Positions 22,330 through 37,039 of a DNA stretch of 64,000 nt are shown in pieces (position 1 is the stretch's first letter; every line of letters starts with the position of its first letter). The notes under the pieces are model-generated. The model ran no database searches. It had not been told where the DNA came from and worked only from the letters and a program-made list of their open reading frames with translations. Both the position numbers and the translations under genes were made by a program. Source of the DNA: Phoronis australis. Lineage: Eukaryota > Animalia > Phoronida. The stretch is from the NCBI GenBank assembly GCA_002633005.1, contig NMRA01000303.1:4949-68948 (forward strand), written 5' to 3'.

Positions 22330-25300
22330 TAGTCGGTGGGCCAGATCTCATAGTGTTCATCCTTGTGAGTACTTTCGGGGGGCAACCTAGTTTTTTCTAT
22401 GTGGCTAGATAATATATCTATAAACCAAATTCCAAAAAGTTCCCACGTCTACACTTGCACATTTTTTTAAAAAAGGTGTTTTTGTTGCACAAAATTTGAT
22501 GCACATTCCTGCCACTTGATGGCGCTTTTCTATTGAATTGACCAATCAGAGAGCCAGATTGTATTGTTGTGCTTAGTTACTTCAATATGGCTGCTCCCAT
22601 GGAGTGTGATGCCTGTATAATTCAAGGTTTATCAAACAGCACAAAATTGTGATGTCAGAGCCTAAAGAAGCTTAGGAAAGCTTCCTGACGAAAGCTGATT
22701 GACTGTGGAACTCTGTAGATCAGTAGATCAAAAAGAAGAAGAGGTGTCACAAACGTTTGTGCAGAAAACAGCTGCATGCCCTGGTAGCCTACACAGTATA
22801 CTGCTGAGTGCTATAGACTAGAATACCAAGTGTCAGACCAGAAAATTGAAAGGACATAGAACGGCATAGCAACGTTTCAAGGCACCAACAGTAGTACTAA
22901 AGCTGAAGTTGCTGAAAGTGATACAGATGTTATCCAAGATTTCCCAAGAAAATCAATTACTTCCAAAATCTGAAACACCCAATTAACCTGAACAAGATAG
23001 GAACATTCTGAAACATGAGTGCATCATTTGTTAGCAGGAAAAGTACATTATGGGCCACATTTCAAGAAAGAGAAAGAAGTATAGCTTTCAAAAACAGGTA
23101 CGTGTTTTTTAAAAATACATCTTGGTGTTTTCCATGTGTGTTTCAGTATTATCACCAGTTGTTTTTTAACTTGTTCAGCCCCTTGGCTGCCTAGGCCTTA
23201 GACAATACTGCTGACCCAGTAGAGACGATGATCATTCCATAGGTACTCCATATGCCGGATACTTTTCGGCAAGTTATGTTCCTATAAGTTTAGAAGTACC
23301 GCGTAGTGAGATGCCTCTGAGGAGGTTGTTAATGTTTTCATTTGTTCCCAGCTTAAACAAATACTCCTGCAATCCTGTTTTTCGAACACTCCATTCAGTT
23401 GCCACATCGACACTGCTTGCGCTAAGGGATAATCCTATGGCGTTATACTGTGGGTGTGATTTTAAAGCACTTTAAGTCAAAAATTTTTGAGAATGTTAAA
23501 TGGAGTAGATGGTTGCAAACAACATACCCAAGTGGCCGTCATCCCCTGCCGTAGTCTCGATTTTTTGTAAACATTAATTACTTAGGTAGCTGCAATGATA
23601 ATTAAATTAAAGTGCCTAAGTGGCCATCGTCACCGTCAAAATTTGAGGACGATGGAAGCCACTGTCCATTTCGTCAAACGTCGATTACCTTAAGTGTAAA
23701 TTGATTGACTATGGTTTGAGCATCTGATTTAAAAAAATTCAATTTCAATCACTGCACTGGTATATCAGCTGATTTCTTTTCAGTTGCATCAACTGATCTA
23801 ATTATTAGACGATCAACATTATTAGGCGACAGATCAGACGGCATGTAAATTTGTTAGGCTGGTGGTGGATCAGTTCCTGATAAGTCCGTCTGAAAAAGTT
23901 GCATGCCAACTCACTCATAGTTGAATGTTAAATTAGTGTTAACAGTTCGGGTTTTTTTCAGTTGGACTTGTATCGAAAGCAACAGCTCAGTCCAGAGCCC
24001 TGAATATGCAAATGAAATTCAAAGATAAAGACCTTGTGTCTTAGAAGCCAAGTACCACAGATCATCATGCTGTAAAAAATAGAAAGACAACGATTGTGAA
24101 GAGTGACGAATTCACAGTTTTCAGAGATGTTTTTCTACAGTTTTGTTTGGAGTTCATTGAATCGAAGCTTCTAACACAAGGAGATGTCATTTGCCTTTCA
24201 AAACTAAAGCAAGACAGCTGTTCTTCAGAAAGCTGGTGTGCATGAAGTTATTTGGACAGGCAATCTTAAGAAATATTGTTGAAGCTATTCAGTGTTGTAG
24301 TTTGTGCCCGACTAAGAGATACGAAATTGAATTGAGGCTAGTGTTCAACTATTCACTTGCTCAGGCTGACTCTAATTAACACAGCCCATTATAACATATT
24401 TTGAATCAAACGTTTGCCCAAATAGTGCCCGCCTCCAAACAAGGACTTAGTGTTTGACCCTTCATTGCCTGCGGGCTAATCCAGTGTGCAGTGTTGTACC
24501 CTCTCTAATCGACCATAGTTGGCCCCTTGGCGGTGGAGCTTTGCAGTTAATATGTATAGCAATGACCGCATCTCCATTGACAGTACGCTGCAAGTGCAAA
24601 AAGAACATGTGTGCTGGGAAACTGAGTTTGCGCTGCAATGCTGGGTCAAACTGTACAGAAATGTGCAGCTGTGACAACTGTAGTAACATCAGCAACACTG
24701 ACTGCATAACATTGGATAGTTCTTTGACAAGTAACCCTTAATAGACCTCCAACCTTACCCCGTTATTTCCTTTTTGTATTAAATAGTTAATTTTATTTGT
24801 TGAGTAAGTCATAGAAAGTACATACTTTGATCATTGTCATGTATTTGTCTCATACTGCTTGATAAACGCTGTCAGAATAATCTGATTTTCATACAGTCTT
24901 TGTGCACATTCACAGAGATCATTCAACTATATTGTTTTTGTACTATAACATATTTCTGGTGTATTATGCAAACAAGCTGTATTTTACACCATTAGACAAT
25001 GTTTTAATCATTGAGGCACAAGTTTTGCCCAGTCTCAAGTGTTTTGTGTTATTTTTATTGCCTGACAATGCCAGAATAACTTCCTAGTAACAATCAGACT
25101 TAGTTTGCATTTTTGCCACTAGGAGTCTCTTTACGTTTTTTAAATTTGACTGTTTACAATAAATTTACAATAGTAAAACGTGTAATGTGAGCTTAATATT
25201 GTTCAATACAATGGCACTGATGGGACCATATTACTTGTTTTACAAAAAATAACCAAAACTGTTGTTTTTACAAATATAAGTTTACTAAGCTCTTTGGTGA

Positions 25301-25478
25301 TTATTATGTAACTTCAAACTCAAATTTCTCAAAAATGTGCAACTTTATATGTGGGAACTTTTTAGATTTTGAAAACACTCTAATAAATGAATTAAAAAAC
25401 ACCAAAATAAAATTGCCCCTCTAAAGTACTCACAAAAACCATTTTCTAGAGGCCCTACAAAATCTGGCCCACCGACTA
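22330..25478 (+). mobile_element. Academ-type DNA transposon, deleted and decayed
   Basis: TIR tagtcggtgggccagat / atctggcccaccgacta extending imperfectly for more than 100 bp. 5'-TAG termini. 3-bp TSD ACT. Internal transposase motifs. Confidence 0.85.
24025..24741 (+). pseudogene. Academ transposase fragments
   Basis: DLV..EAKYHRS motif near 24030. C-terminal PP...LHCLRAN...HSW...CKCKKNMC...CTEMCSCDNCSN Cys-rich tail. Frameshifted. Confidence 0.75.
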
Positions 25479-25771
25479 ACTCTCCATGACGAATAAAAGA
25501 AATACAATCAAGTACATGTAATCGTCATTTACTTCGTTAACTCTCAGCAACTAGTACTCGATCATGGGCTTGAGAATGCAAAGCACGTGGCACGCGGCTA
25601 CCGGGAACTTCCAATGAACCGCCCTTCACCAGCAAGCGCCCGTGAGCGTTTTTTAGAAGGGAATTAAGAAATAGCGCCATTGTGCGCTTTTTCCGGAAAA
25701 AGGCGCTTTTCGGGAAAAAAGCGACCTCAAGAAATCATTGTCATCCAGGTTGCCTTAACGGAAATCTCAGG

Positions 25772-26200
25772 TATAGCAGGACCTATAGCAATACCTGTAG
25801 CAGGACCTATAGCAGAACCTATAGCAGGAACTATAGCAGGAACTGTAGCAGGACCTATTGCAGGACCTATAGCAGGACCTATAACAGGACCTATTGCAGT
25901 ACCTGTAGCAGGACCTAGAGCAGGACCTATAGCAGCACCTATAGCAGGACCTACAGCAGGACCTGTATCAGGACCTGGAGCAGGACCTATAGCAGGAACT
26001 ATAGCAGGACCTATAGCAGGACCTATAGCAGGACCTATAGTAGGACCTGTAGCAGGACCTGTAGCAGGACCTATTGCAGGACCTATTGCAGGACCTATTG
26101 CAAGACCTATAGCAGGACCTATAGTAGGGTCTGTAGCAGGACCTATTGCAGGATCTGTTGCATGACCTATTGCAGGACCTATTAGCAGGATCTGTTGCGG
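25772..26200. repeat. 12-bp minisatellite (tagcaggaccta), about 35 units
   Basis: Direct tandem repeats. Explains the (GPIA)n ORF. Confidence 0.95.
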
Positions 26201-26778
26201 GCGACTTTTGACGAAATTTTATTCAGTTCGCTGGTTATGATTTAAACGAAAGTGAAAGTAATTTGATTTATTTTGGATACTAACATGACGTCGGTTTCAT
26301 TACTTTAACAAATGAGAAGCTATGTTAAACAACATTAGACAAAGTTAATTTTCGTAGCACTGTGAAAGAGTGTAGTGTCAGTTTGCAGCATTTTTGTTTA
26401 CAGATAGTTCCATCACGGCGAGTCAATCATTATGTTTGTTCAACAAAATTGCCTCATTTGCACTCAATAAACACCATTGGTCCATAGAATATTGACTAAA
26501 ATTGGATAATCAAAGCCATGGTGATGAAGTAGTTATATCTGCGCGATATTTGAGGTAAATGAATAATAGAAAATATTATTATGTCGGTAAAACATTTTAA
26601 GAAGTTTTGATACTTTCTAGGCGTAACCGTATAGGTTGTATACCACTAACGGAGGGCGATTGTGCTCCGAAGATATGATATTTTACAAACATGGCCGTCT
26701 TACATTATCGTAAAGACTTGGGAAAAAACATAATTTTGAAACACTCTGATTAGGCTAAAAATCATAGTAGACTCTGCT

Positions 26779-27039
26779 GTCCGTTTCATGAAAGTGACTT
26801 TAGACCTAAGAAAGAAGTGTGTTCACAATTCTTGAAAAAAGTTTAGCCAAATAATAATGAGCACATCACACTCTGAATATAATTTATAGAAATTATGTTG
26901 GCAACTAGAAGTTATCTGTGCATTCTCACACTTTTCACCTTCACTCACGTGAGATTTCATTATTTTTTCAGAAATGGTTGTGTGGAGCGTAAAACTGACT
27001 TTCTGTCTTAATTCTTATGCCACTTTTCATGAAACAGAC
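26779..27039. mobile_element. Harbinger-like MITE
   Basis: Inverted ends gtccgtttcatgaaagtg / cacttttcatgaaacagac. Confidence 0.5.
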
Positions 27040-28190
27040 CCCAGTACTTTTTTGAGTTGATTTGGAGGTACGACATATTTAATTGCCCACGCTTTCAAAA
27101 GAATGCACTGGAGATGAGCGAAAGTGATGCAAATGACTGGTTACACTTGTGTCTGCCGGGCAGCGCGTCATGATTTGCAGGTCAAACCGCGGTAATTGAA
27201 ACCTTGCTTACGTGCCTTTGTGGGGTTTACAAAAAGTTGGACACATTGGCTGAAATTGTTACCGGTAGGCGGTAGGCGATTTTTTTTCTTAAAATAGTAA
27301 GACGAAAATTCATTAGGGCCTTTTCCCGTTGCTCCCAACTTGTTCGATTCTATAGCCCAACAACAAGTTGGGAAGTTTACCCCTGTAGCCAATATCTTGA
27401 ACGATTGATTAACTCCATTCCAGCATTAATGGTTGGAGGGCCATATGCAGCTCTCGATAATTGCTATAATCTCCAATAAGATCGTATATAGTCTGACTCG
27501 TTCCAATAAGATCGTATATAGTCTGACTCGTCTGAGCTGTTAAAAATAAAAGTTACGTTGTAACATGTTTGAACATAAACCAAAAGCATTTCAGAATTCC
27601 TCGTCAGATGCTGATCATTTTTCGTTTTTTAATCGCCAAAATCTCCCAACTACAACCGAAGTTATAACAATCTATTCGTTCCGGCGAACGGCCAATTTGC
27701 TCTGATTGTGTTCACACGTGGTTTGTAATAAGCCTGGTAAATAATTGGCCTGCCTGTTGTCATACCAGACAAAATACTGTGTTTGGCAGTTAACAAAGGA
27801 GCTAGATGTTATGACAGGCTCCCAACGCTCTACGTCTGATAAAGTCACTGAACGGGGGAACGCCGTAATGTTCCAAATGAGTCGGTGTACAGACCAGAAC
27901 CATATATGCCTTGTTGGCCTTAGAAACGCCACCTGAATTTAAAAATTGTTCTAAAATGCATTATTCAAGGCTAAAGCTGTGGTTAATGGTGGCACTGTCT
28001 GTACGTGGCTTAAAATATTAAACGAGTTGCCTAAGCAGTCGTTCTATTCATCCATAAGTAATCCATTTAAATGTCACGTGATCTAATTACCGTGTTTCTC
28101 TACACAACAGTTGTGTTTAAAGAAAAAACCAAAGGACGTGAATACTATAATCTAAAAACTCGCTTCGTTATTAATCGCAACTCAACTAAC

Positions 28191-28446
28191 CAGGGACCCG
28201 TTTTATAAAAGGTCGCAAGTCCGGTCCTAACCAAGACGGTCGTAATTGTAGTTTTAATTTACACACAGATCATTAACATGACTAGTGAAGGTGGTCGTTA
28301 AGTCTCACTATGAGGAATTATAGTCTTACTTTGACGCCAGGTGCAACGCTTTGCTCTGATAAAAACACAATCATCGCATTTGCAATATGTGCCTGCGACC
28401 ATCTTAGCTACGACCGGACTTGCGACCTTTGATAACGCAAGGCTTG
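28191..28446. mobile_element. Harbinger-like MITE
   Basis: Inverted ends aaaggtcgcaagtccggtc / gaccggacttgcgaccttt. Confidence 0.6.
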
Positions 28447-28599
28447 GTTGCGGATATGTTCAGGCTTGTAGGTAATCTCGACAAGGGCCTACCCTTGGGA
28501 CTGCAATGACAGTCACAGAGGGATTTCAAAGATTTGCATGGTAGTTCACACAGTGCCCGTATGCCTCGTACAACTTAAAAAGCCAAAAACATTGCGGTG

Positions 28600-28940
28600 C
28601 TTGGTAAGTGTGCCTGTGTGTTTAGTGCAGCTCACTTGGTAAGTGTGCCTGTGTATAGTGAAGCTCACTTGGTAAGTGTGCCTGTGTGTAGTGCAGCTCA
28701 CTTGGTAAGTGTGCCTGTGTGTAGTGCACCTCACGTGGTAAGTGTGTCTGTGTGTAGTGCAGCTCACTTGGTAAGTGTGCCTGTGTAAAGTGCAGCTCAC
28801 TTGGTAAGTGTGCCTGTGTGTGGTGCAGCTCACTTGGTAAGTGTGCCTGTGTGTGGTGCAGCTCACTTGGTAAGTGTGCCTGTGTGTAGTGCAGCTCACT
28901 TGGTAAGTGTGCCTGTGTGTGGTGCAGCTCACTTGGTAAG
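28600..28940. repeat. 33-bp minisatellite, about 10 units
   Basis: Unit cttggtaagtgtgcctgtgtgtagtgcagctca. Confidence 0.95.
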
Positions 28941-31900
28941 GTATCCACTTATCTACCGAGTACTCGTGAGTCTGTAGTTTGTATTATAGCCTTATGTAAT
29001 AGCGACAATCTGTGAAATTCAATTCCAATAATTGCCACTGCTTTGAAATCTTCTAACCGGTGAGTAAATCGCACTACTGTTGACAAAAAGGCTTCCTAGC
29101 TTAAGTAAATTCGGAACATAAATTGGCCATTTAGAGACATGATTCGCCGCTCACTGTCTATATATACTGTACCCGGTTTCTGTACAAACGGGATGTAAAA
29201 GTTGCGATACTTTTGACATTAAATTGACCCAAAACATCGATTTACATTTTCATACGACGTTCGTCGCCGTGAAACCTTGAGCGAGAAATCTAGTGTGCGT
29301 GCCAGCAGGTTTTTGCTAATGATAAATGTTCGCGCTAAAAGAACCGGGTTGCGTGCGAAAAGATGAAGTTTCTTGCGTGAAAAGCAAGATCACGATCGTC
29401 GTGCGAAGACGGTGATCACAGTATTTTTTTACTCGCGAGTCTTCCTTGCGTGTTCGAGACGCGTCCTCGGTAAAACCCATATTTAACTTCTAGACTGCGC
29501 TCCATAAGCGCTAGGCACTGTCTCTTGAAAAGCAAGATCGTGATACTCTTCGCAATCGCCACGTGATCACTCTTTACTTGCGAGTGTTTTGCGTCTACAG
29601 ATTGTACAGTCTTGAATTGCATTCCAAACCAAAGACATTAGCTAAGTAGGCCGACTTGCCGCGAGAAATCTTCGCGCATGGAATAGAAACAAGGAATTTT
29701 GTCCAATAATTTGAGTTTTTGTGTAGAATACCAACGTCACTGACCAATCACTTCAGTGGCCGCCATTTTCTCGCCATTTTCTAAGTTACACTTGTAAGGT
29801 CCGAAAACTCTTGTAAAAAGCTCGCCTGTTACTCGACGCGTGATTTTTCTTTCCTCTCAAGAAACTTGGTCTTGCGAACGCATCCCTGACTTGCATCCTA
29901 AGTGGGTTATAACCCATTCATTGTAATTAGCCAACTGGCAGAAAGACACGTGATAGTAAGCTAGAAGTAGTGGTCGAGAGACATCTGATTGGTTTGTAAT
30001 CTAGAAGTGACATCGTTGAGAACCAATCAGATGTCTTTGCAGTTTACCCGGCTGGTTCACGAGAACGTAAAAATTATTGACAGCACAAACAAATTCAAGT
30101 TTGAGGCAAACTTTACCGCTCCCTGTCATCAAGTGGAATTTGCTTTTTAGGGTCGAATGACATCTATTTTGTATAACTTCAACTAGCATAAAAATTTACG
30201 GAATCATGAATATCTTGCAAAATGTGCTTATAATTGGCATACACATCAGCGATGATTCACAAGTTTCAGTCTATTTTCGTAGATGCCACATAAACGTATA
30301 AATTAGTAACCAACGATCCTTTGGAGGTTGCAATAAATAATTAACCTTGACCTATTGAGTCGTCTCGGTCGCTCATAGCAACCGACATAAACACTAAGGT
30401 ACACATAGCACGTCTTTAAACTTTTTCCAGGTTTTAGATGGCAAGATTTTTTTAAAATCTGTATTTCACAGCTTAGAATTTTAGGCTATTCCTGAAGGCA
30501 TGCGAAGATTACTGTATGTCCGATTGGGTATATATATCCGGGGGAGAATGCGGTTGGAGGCTCTCTCTCAAGAAACTTTCAGAATTTATACGCGTTAAAT
30601 TGAAATTTTGGTTTATTCCGGTAACAGCCTGTTAAGGCTTAAAAGTTGATTTTGTATTTCAACAAATCACAGAAAGCATTGTTTGTGATCTTCAATACTT
30701 TGACTCCTGGAAGGCGGTAAAAGCTGTTACTGTACACTTACACGACATGTTCTCGGCCATCAAAAATCTTACTCCCAATAATCTGGTCTAGGCAGTGCCA
30801 GTTAGACAAATAAGTTCTCTTCGTAAATAACATTTTCCAAAATAACGGTCTAGAGCAACTAAAAACAGTCTGACACCAGTAGCAGCAGTGAAAATAACGA
30901 TCTGCAAAACGATACTATTATTGAGATTGCTTGGGTAAAAGCATCGTTGTTTGTCATTATACAAACATAGGCATGTTGTCTTTGTAAACTTCACAAATAC
31001 TGGTTTTCAAGTTCGCAAAACTACCATCCTTCGATTTGGATCAATGCTTTGACTTTTTTAATAGAGTCTCACTCTGTGATATTCTGTTTTTAGGTCTTGA
31101 AACTTCTGTGTTTTGCATGAAAAGGATTTATGATTTCAGTTTGAAGTTAACCAACTTCCTCGCGTGATTTTGGACAGTGCCGGGACAATTACACCACCCC
31201 CTTCCAAAATAGGTCCCTGAATAAGAAAGCCTGTAATGTCATATAAAAACAGCAGGTGGAAAGTGATAATTGACATCTAATTTCGAAAAAACGAAAATAA
31301 CCAGCAATTGTTCCCAACACCAGGTCCAGCTCCATCATAGAATATCAATATATAGTGATACAGAATTCCAAACAAATGATAAAAGCGCGTCAGTTCATTT
31401 CAATATCCTTTGCCAGCGATGGGTTTCCGGAGAAAAGGAGCTTTGAATTCTATTTTGCTTAAGAATATCTGTGCCTATCGTGTTTTTTGGACCTAGAAAT
31501 ACAGGGAAGTGTGTGTAGACGATACATGCTCTCCCACACATAATAACGAAGCTCGGCCGGGGGCCCTACAAGGAAACCCGACGCTGCTAGTTGACAATCA
31601 TTTTCTTTTAAATCTCAAGTCAAGCCGAAATCGTAAAATTGAAATTGGAATATATCAAGTTAGCGTTGTTGATTTTTCCCCTGAAGACAATCAGTGACCT
31701 ATATCGGGTACAGGGTTTTATCATATGGACCTTAATTTGAAAAACAAAAACAAGCGAAAACAATGGTTGTGAGAGATGGTGCCTTAAGAAAATTTCGAAC
31801 CACTGTTGTTGCAAAATAAAGGATAAAGACTCGTTTGTATTTTTCAGATGCCTATTTTATCACAATTCATTCTTCAAGCACAACATTACGAATTAAGAAT

Positions 31901-32144
31901 ATTATCAGTGTAAGTACGTAAACCACATCCATACGCCATTTACCTGGTACAGGTGAGTGAAGGAAAAATACTCACTAAAAATAGGCTCCCGTGGTGTCCA
32001 AAATTCTTGTGGTTCTACCGATGTAGGATTACTGTGTTATATAACATCCTTTTCAGTAACAAAATTAGTTTCGAGGTAATTAATAAAACATTCAAATTCA
32101 CATTACTCTTTTTAATTTCTGCAATATTTCGTATATAATAAAAC

Positions 32145-32299
32145 CAGGGCTGGGTTGCATAAAACTTCAAAGTTATCCGCTGGATAAGTTTGATTGTTGC
32201 ATGACGTCAGGAGCACTGTTCAACAATAACAACGTGACGCGTGATAATGCGACGTTATTGTTGCTATACTGCGCACAACTTTTATGCAACTGGGCCCTG
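32145..32299. mobile_element. Harbinger-like MITE
   Basis: cagggctgggttgcataaa / tttatgcaactgggccctg inverted ends. Confidence 0.6.
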
Positions 32300-34509
32300 A
32301 TGACTATCTTGTTTTCCTTTTTAAATGAGGTCTTATCACACAATTGAGACTTATCGCACAAGGGAGACTTAAACAAAATCCCCATAGAACATTAAGGTAT
32401 CTGGTTCAGTAAAGCGTCATACAAAAAGGGGCAATGTTATGCTTAGGATCAATGTTAAATCCCACACCATTTTATGAGTTCGAACATTTTTGACAAAATT
32501 TTATCTTTAGAATAATTTTGACAAATGAAAATAGCGTATTCTTACTTTGTCGTCAATGAAGCGATAAGTTTGACGTTTGTGAACTGCCTTTCATGAATCA
32601 GATGAATGTGTGAAGTATGGCCACATTTCCAAGTTTGCAATGAATTTTGACATCAAGAAATCAGCATATAAAGATTAGTGTGTAAGAAAGTAAACATCAT
32701 CCTCTGTATCCGGGGGGTACTCGACCGGGAAGTGCAGTTATAAAAATAGGATATTCAGCCATTCAGAAAATGGTGCCCATTCGTAGGGAAATTACATGAA
32801 AAATCACCTTTTCATAAAATGCTGTTGAAGAGACAACACTCTTTTATTATTCATCACCCCTGTGTATATTTTTATAGTTGAAAAGTAAACCTTTTGTTTT
32901 GGAACTCCCAAAACGAAATTGAATAGGAAGACGCACCCTTCGGGAAATTTGTAAAAAAAGCACATTTTATGAAAAAGTCCTTTTTCATCGCATTTTGTAA
33001 AAAACACCTTTTCTAGAGAATTTTGCAAAACAATCTTTTGGTGTGAATTTTGTAAAACGCACCTTTTAAAGGGAGTTTTGTCTGAGAAGGCACTCTATCG
33101 TAGTGAAATTGGTCGTGAAAAAGTCACCAGTCCAAGAGCTTCTTCCTTTCCCGCACAACTCTTCTATGAGAGTGTCCCTCCTGAGAGTTTCCCTGCTAGG
33201 ATTCTCCATCGAGGGTTTAAACCTAGATATGACTCTCCACAGGTTTGCGTATAATGTCACTTCCGAGTATCACTTCTAAGCACGTGACTAATTTGGTGCA
33301 ATGGCAAAGCTTTTATGAACATCTCACTACACAGCGTACTAAAACGTCCTTCATCACTTTCTCATTATGTAAAAATAAAACCATGTGATTATAAACAACC
33401 AGTGTTCAAACCTTACAGTCGATACATGAAGTACATAACACTTGGACTAGCTATACTTACACAAGTTAAAGATGCATTTTGCCGTTGCTTAGCTGTCAGT
33501 ATTGATATTTAACCGAAGCGCTTCGGGATTTAAAAACATTACCACGCTCATCCGATCTTGAATTTTTGCCGAATCAATCAGCAACTCAAATCACTTCATT
33601 TTCAGTTTCTCAAGTTTTTTGGGGTTTGCCAACCCAAATAACTCTTTAACGTTTTCTTCAGTCGCTGATGGTTTCGATTTTTTGTTGGTATCTATCACTG
33701 TAAAGGATGTGATGAGGCCGATTTCATGAAAGTAAAAGACCTAATTCGATTTTAGTTTTTTATCCTTCAAACATGACAACATCTACCGGTACTTACACAT
33801 TTGCAATAGGGAAACCCTCACCAACCCAAGCACAGATGACTCTTAATCGTCGTTTAATAACTCCCTCACTGTTTACTAAAGTAACAAGTGCTTAACCATT
33901 CGCCTCCCAAAGAGAATCGCTAACAATGAGATTAATGGATAACTTAATTCTGTTCAAGCACAAATTACATGAGATGTGCTGCCGAACATCCGCGCGGGAC
34001 CGTGCAAGGCTCGCGTGTTATTCAATTAGCTGGTAATTTCAGTTGACTTGGTATTCTGTAGATACGAAAATGCAATTTCAGCTTTCATCGTCCTGACCTA
34101 GTACACGTATTTACTACAAAAAATTATGCCCCAAGAGTCATCAGGAAGATAAGATACTATTTGAGGTCGTACATATTCTTTAAAGTGCAAGCTGCTCTCG
34201 TCGGGGTATTTTACGGCACATTGTCGATTTTACGTCATAAAAAACGCATATATTTATAATTTTTGTTGGATGGGATAAACATTTTTGACTGTCTGCCAGA
34301 CATTCACGGAAATCAAGGCCCCGGACTTTGCTAGTTAAATACGCCATTTGGGGGCTTACATGTAGTTCCGACGCCGCGGGCAGACCCTTAGACTGCTACC
34401 GCGGGGGTTACAGGTTGCCGCAACGTGATCTGTGAGGCGTTCAGTAACGATAGGACCTACGCTAGGACCTAGTTAAAATCTAGCCAAAGTCACGCGTCCC
34501 CATTCAAAA

Positions 34510-37039
34510 CAGTGGCGGATCTACGTTTTCAGTAAGGGGGGGTTTAGGATTCCCGCAAAGGTCGAATCCGAGGCGCGTGGCGCCGAGCGGGGGGAGGTCG
34601 CGTAAACCCCCTCCCGTGCCAAGACAACTTTTTGTTTTTGTAGCCAAACAGTGAAATTTCCATGCATCCTGGTACGTTTCTGGCACTTAACATGTCCCTG
34701 AAGTTTTTCTTAAGATAATTAAAAACCCTTCTCGATTTCGTCACATGAACTTGGCTCATAAGTTTCGTGAAACCATATTTGTGCACATCTGGGTATGAGT
34801 CACGCCACCAGCAAAAATTTTTGTTGGAACATCGGCTTACACACACTTTTTTAGCATACGAAAAAGTGTGGTGTGTATACAGGAGGTTTAAACAACTACC
34901 AAATATTCAACAGCATAAGGAGCACCGACGGGGCGTAAAAACTTGAATATCAGATGATCGCAACAGCCTCAAGCTGTTTAAAAACAAAGACCTGTACTTT
35001 TAGTCCGGAAATAAACATGTGTTCTGTCTCGTTACGAGAAAAACTGGCGAACGACGGTGCTCTTAGCTCATAGTCTATCATTAAAACGAAAATGAACAAT
35101 TAAGTATCACTTTATTAAGCTGAATCACGTTGACATCAATTGAAAAACGTCAAATGTATAAGGAAACAAATCATCTGAAAACAGTTTCACGAAACCAAAA
35201 CATCGTGTGCACAGTGGTGAATTCGATATACTGGACTAGTTTGCAGAGGGACCAGATGTACACTGAGAGTACACAAAAAGGCTGACCTGGTCCGTCACGA
35301 GACCTAAAGCGTACTTAGCAAAAAATTTGGAATTGAAAACTTCTCTCTAGACACTTTTTAATCCCCAGTGGTTGCTCATACTTGTAGTTTACACATCTGG
35401 TGGTCAACTGCGAGTGGTTGTCTAGGAAGGGTTTTCGCACCGTTCTGTAGTACCCGGTACTCCCTGGAAGAAACAAGTATCGAGTACAGATTTAACTACG
35501 CACTATGTGAAATAAGATTTTGAATATGAAGCAGATAGACTCAAGTGGAAATACAAACCAGAATCAGTTTCTGTGCGCTCGTAGACCCTCTGCTGTACTG
35601 GGTAAATTTGACATGTCCAAAAATAATTTCTATTTCGTTTTCATTGTACACAAGCATAAAAAACCGACATTATTACAAACTGTGTAGAATTATATAACTT
35701 ATTACCTGGGTGTTTCTCCAGGAACGTTGGTCCTGTCTTTCTGTTGTCTAGGCTGCCGAGGAATATTTATATCGGATCCAATGGTTTGCTCGTCTTGGAA
35801 CCATTCTACCCAGACATCTTTGATGTTTGTTCCCAACACTTGCACTTCGTCAACTGCTCTGTCAATGAGCTTGTACGCCTCTACAATGCCAGCATCTCGT
35901 TTCGCAGCTCAATTGGTACTAAGCCCCCTGAGGTTACCAAGTCCATTCAAAAGACTTAAGCATGCGCAACTAAATTTGATCCGTTCATCACGGACTACTT
36001 CAAACCTTGACGATGTATCCTAGGACCCATTTGCAATTTTCGAAATAAACGTCCCATCTGAACACTTGAAACCCGAAGTACTAACATCAAATAAATGCAC
36101 ATGGGCATGGGCGTTTCGTCGGTTGGGCCTTTCTGCGGAAATTCCCAGTGTAAAATGGCAATGGTGCTTATTGCAGGTAGACAGACGGTAGGTGTTGAGG
36201 ACGGCACTTCGGGCTCCTTAGGAGGCCTATTGAACATCGCACGAGTCCCGAAAGACTTTTTTGTGAAAATACAGCCTCCCAGCAAATTTCTGGTGCTGTA
36301 CACTGTTCGCGAATGCGGTCACTTTGTCAATGTGAGTGCCCCCTTGGTCATTCCTTGTATAGACATAACTTGTTAGAGTGCATCTTCAAACAGACTCGCG
36401 ACCAGACCACGGCGCCCGCCACAATGGTAATTCTTCGGAAAACGAGTTTTTTTTTTCAAAAGTATTACATGAACATGTACACTGTAGGATATTGCGCAAG
36501 ACAACTTTACTATACACCAGTTACAAACGTGTGGGGTGTAATAGGATGACACGGCATGACAGATGAGGTAAAAACGTTGCACGTCAATTCGCCTGAATAT
36601 CAGGGTTGCGACACCACAGTATTTCTCTTAATCAAATCAAAACATATGTTAGAGTAAAGAAACTAGTTACCTAAAGAAATCAACTATAGAGCTGCTATAT
36701 CATCGGTGGATCCATCTAAAATGCTTGGTTAGTCTACTTCAGAAGTGTCGACGGAAGCGCGCGCACAATTGATCTCCGGGGTTTTGCCGATGAGTCACGA
36801 AGACTCGGAAAGCGTTGATTTTCACAACACCAAATCACAATGCAAAAAAAAATATTTTCAGAGTGAACTCCCCCCTCATTTTTTCCAAGTTGGTTTACTT
36901 GGGGTTTACACACGCTGGCGGTGTCGTTTTTATTTTGCTGGAGACGTTTTTGTGTTTTTTTTGTTTTTTTTTTTAATTTTTGGATCCTGGCCCGAGGGTG
37001 GGTTTAAACCCCCTGAACCCCCCCGTAGATCCGCTACTG
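34510..37039 (-). mobile_element. Deleted hAT-superfamily element with 5-bp TSD, copy 1
   Basis: TIR cagtggcggatctacg / cgtagatccgctactg. TSD CAAAA. Internal hAT transposase fragment. Sister copy at 45251-48152. Confidence 0.85.
35706..35950 (-). pseudogene. hAT (P52rIPK/THAP12-like) transposase fragment
   Basis: LNGLGNLRGLSTN*AAKRDAGIVEAYKLIDRAVDEVQVLGTNIKDVWVEWFQDEQTIGSDINIPRQPRQQKDRTNVPGETP, ending at a splice donor. Resembles the 'PR...RQ..R.N.P..TP' segment upstream of the hAT dimerisation domain. Confidence 0.7.

Noticed and set aside
25680-26165. Collagen/elastin-like (GPIA)n protein
   Set aside because: Translation of a 12-bp minisatellite, starting at a non-ATG codon with no splice support.
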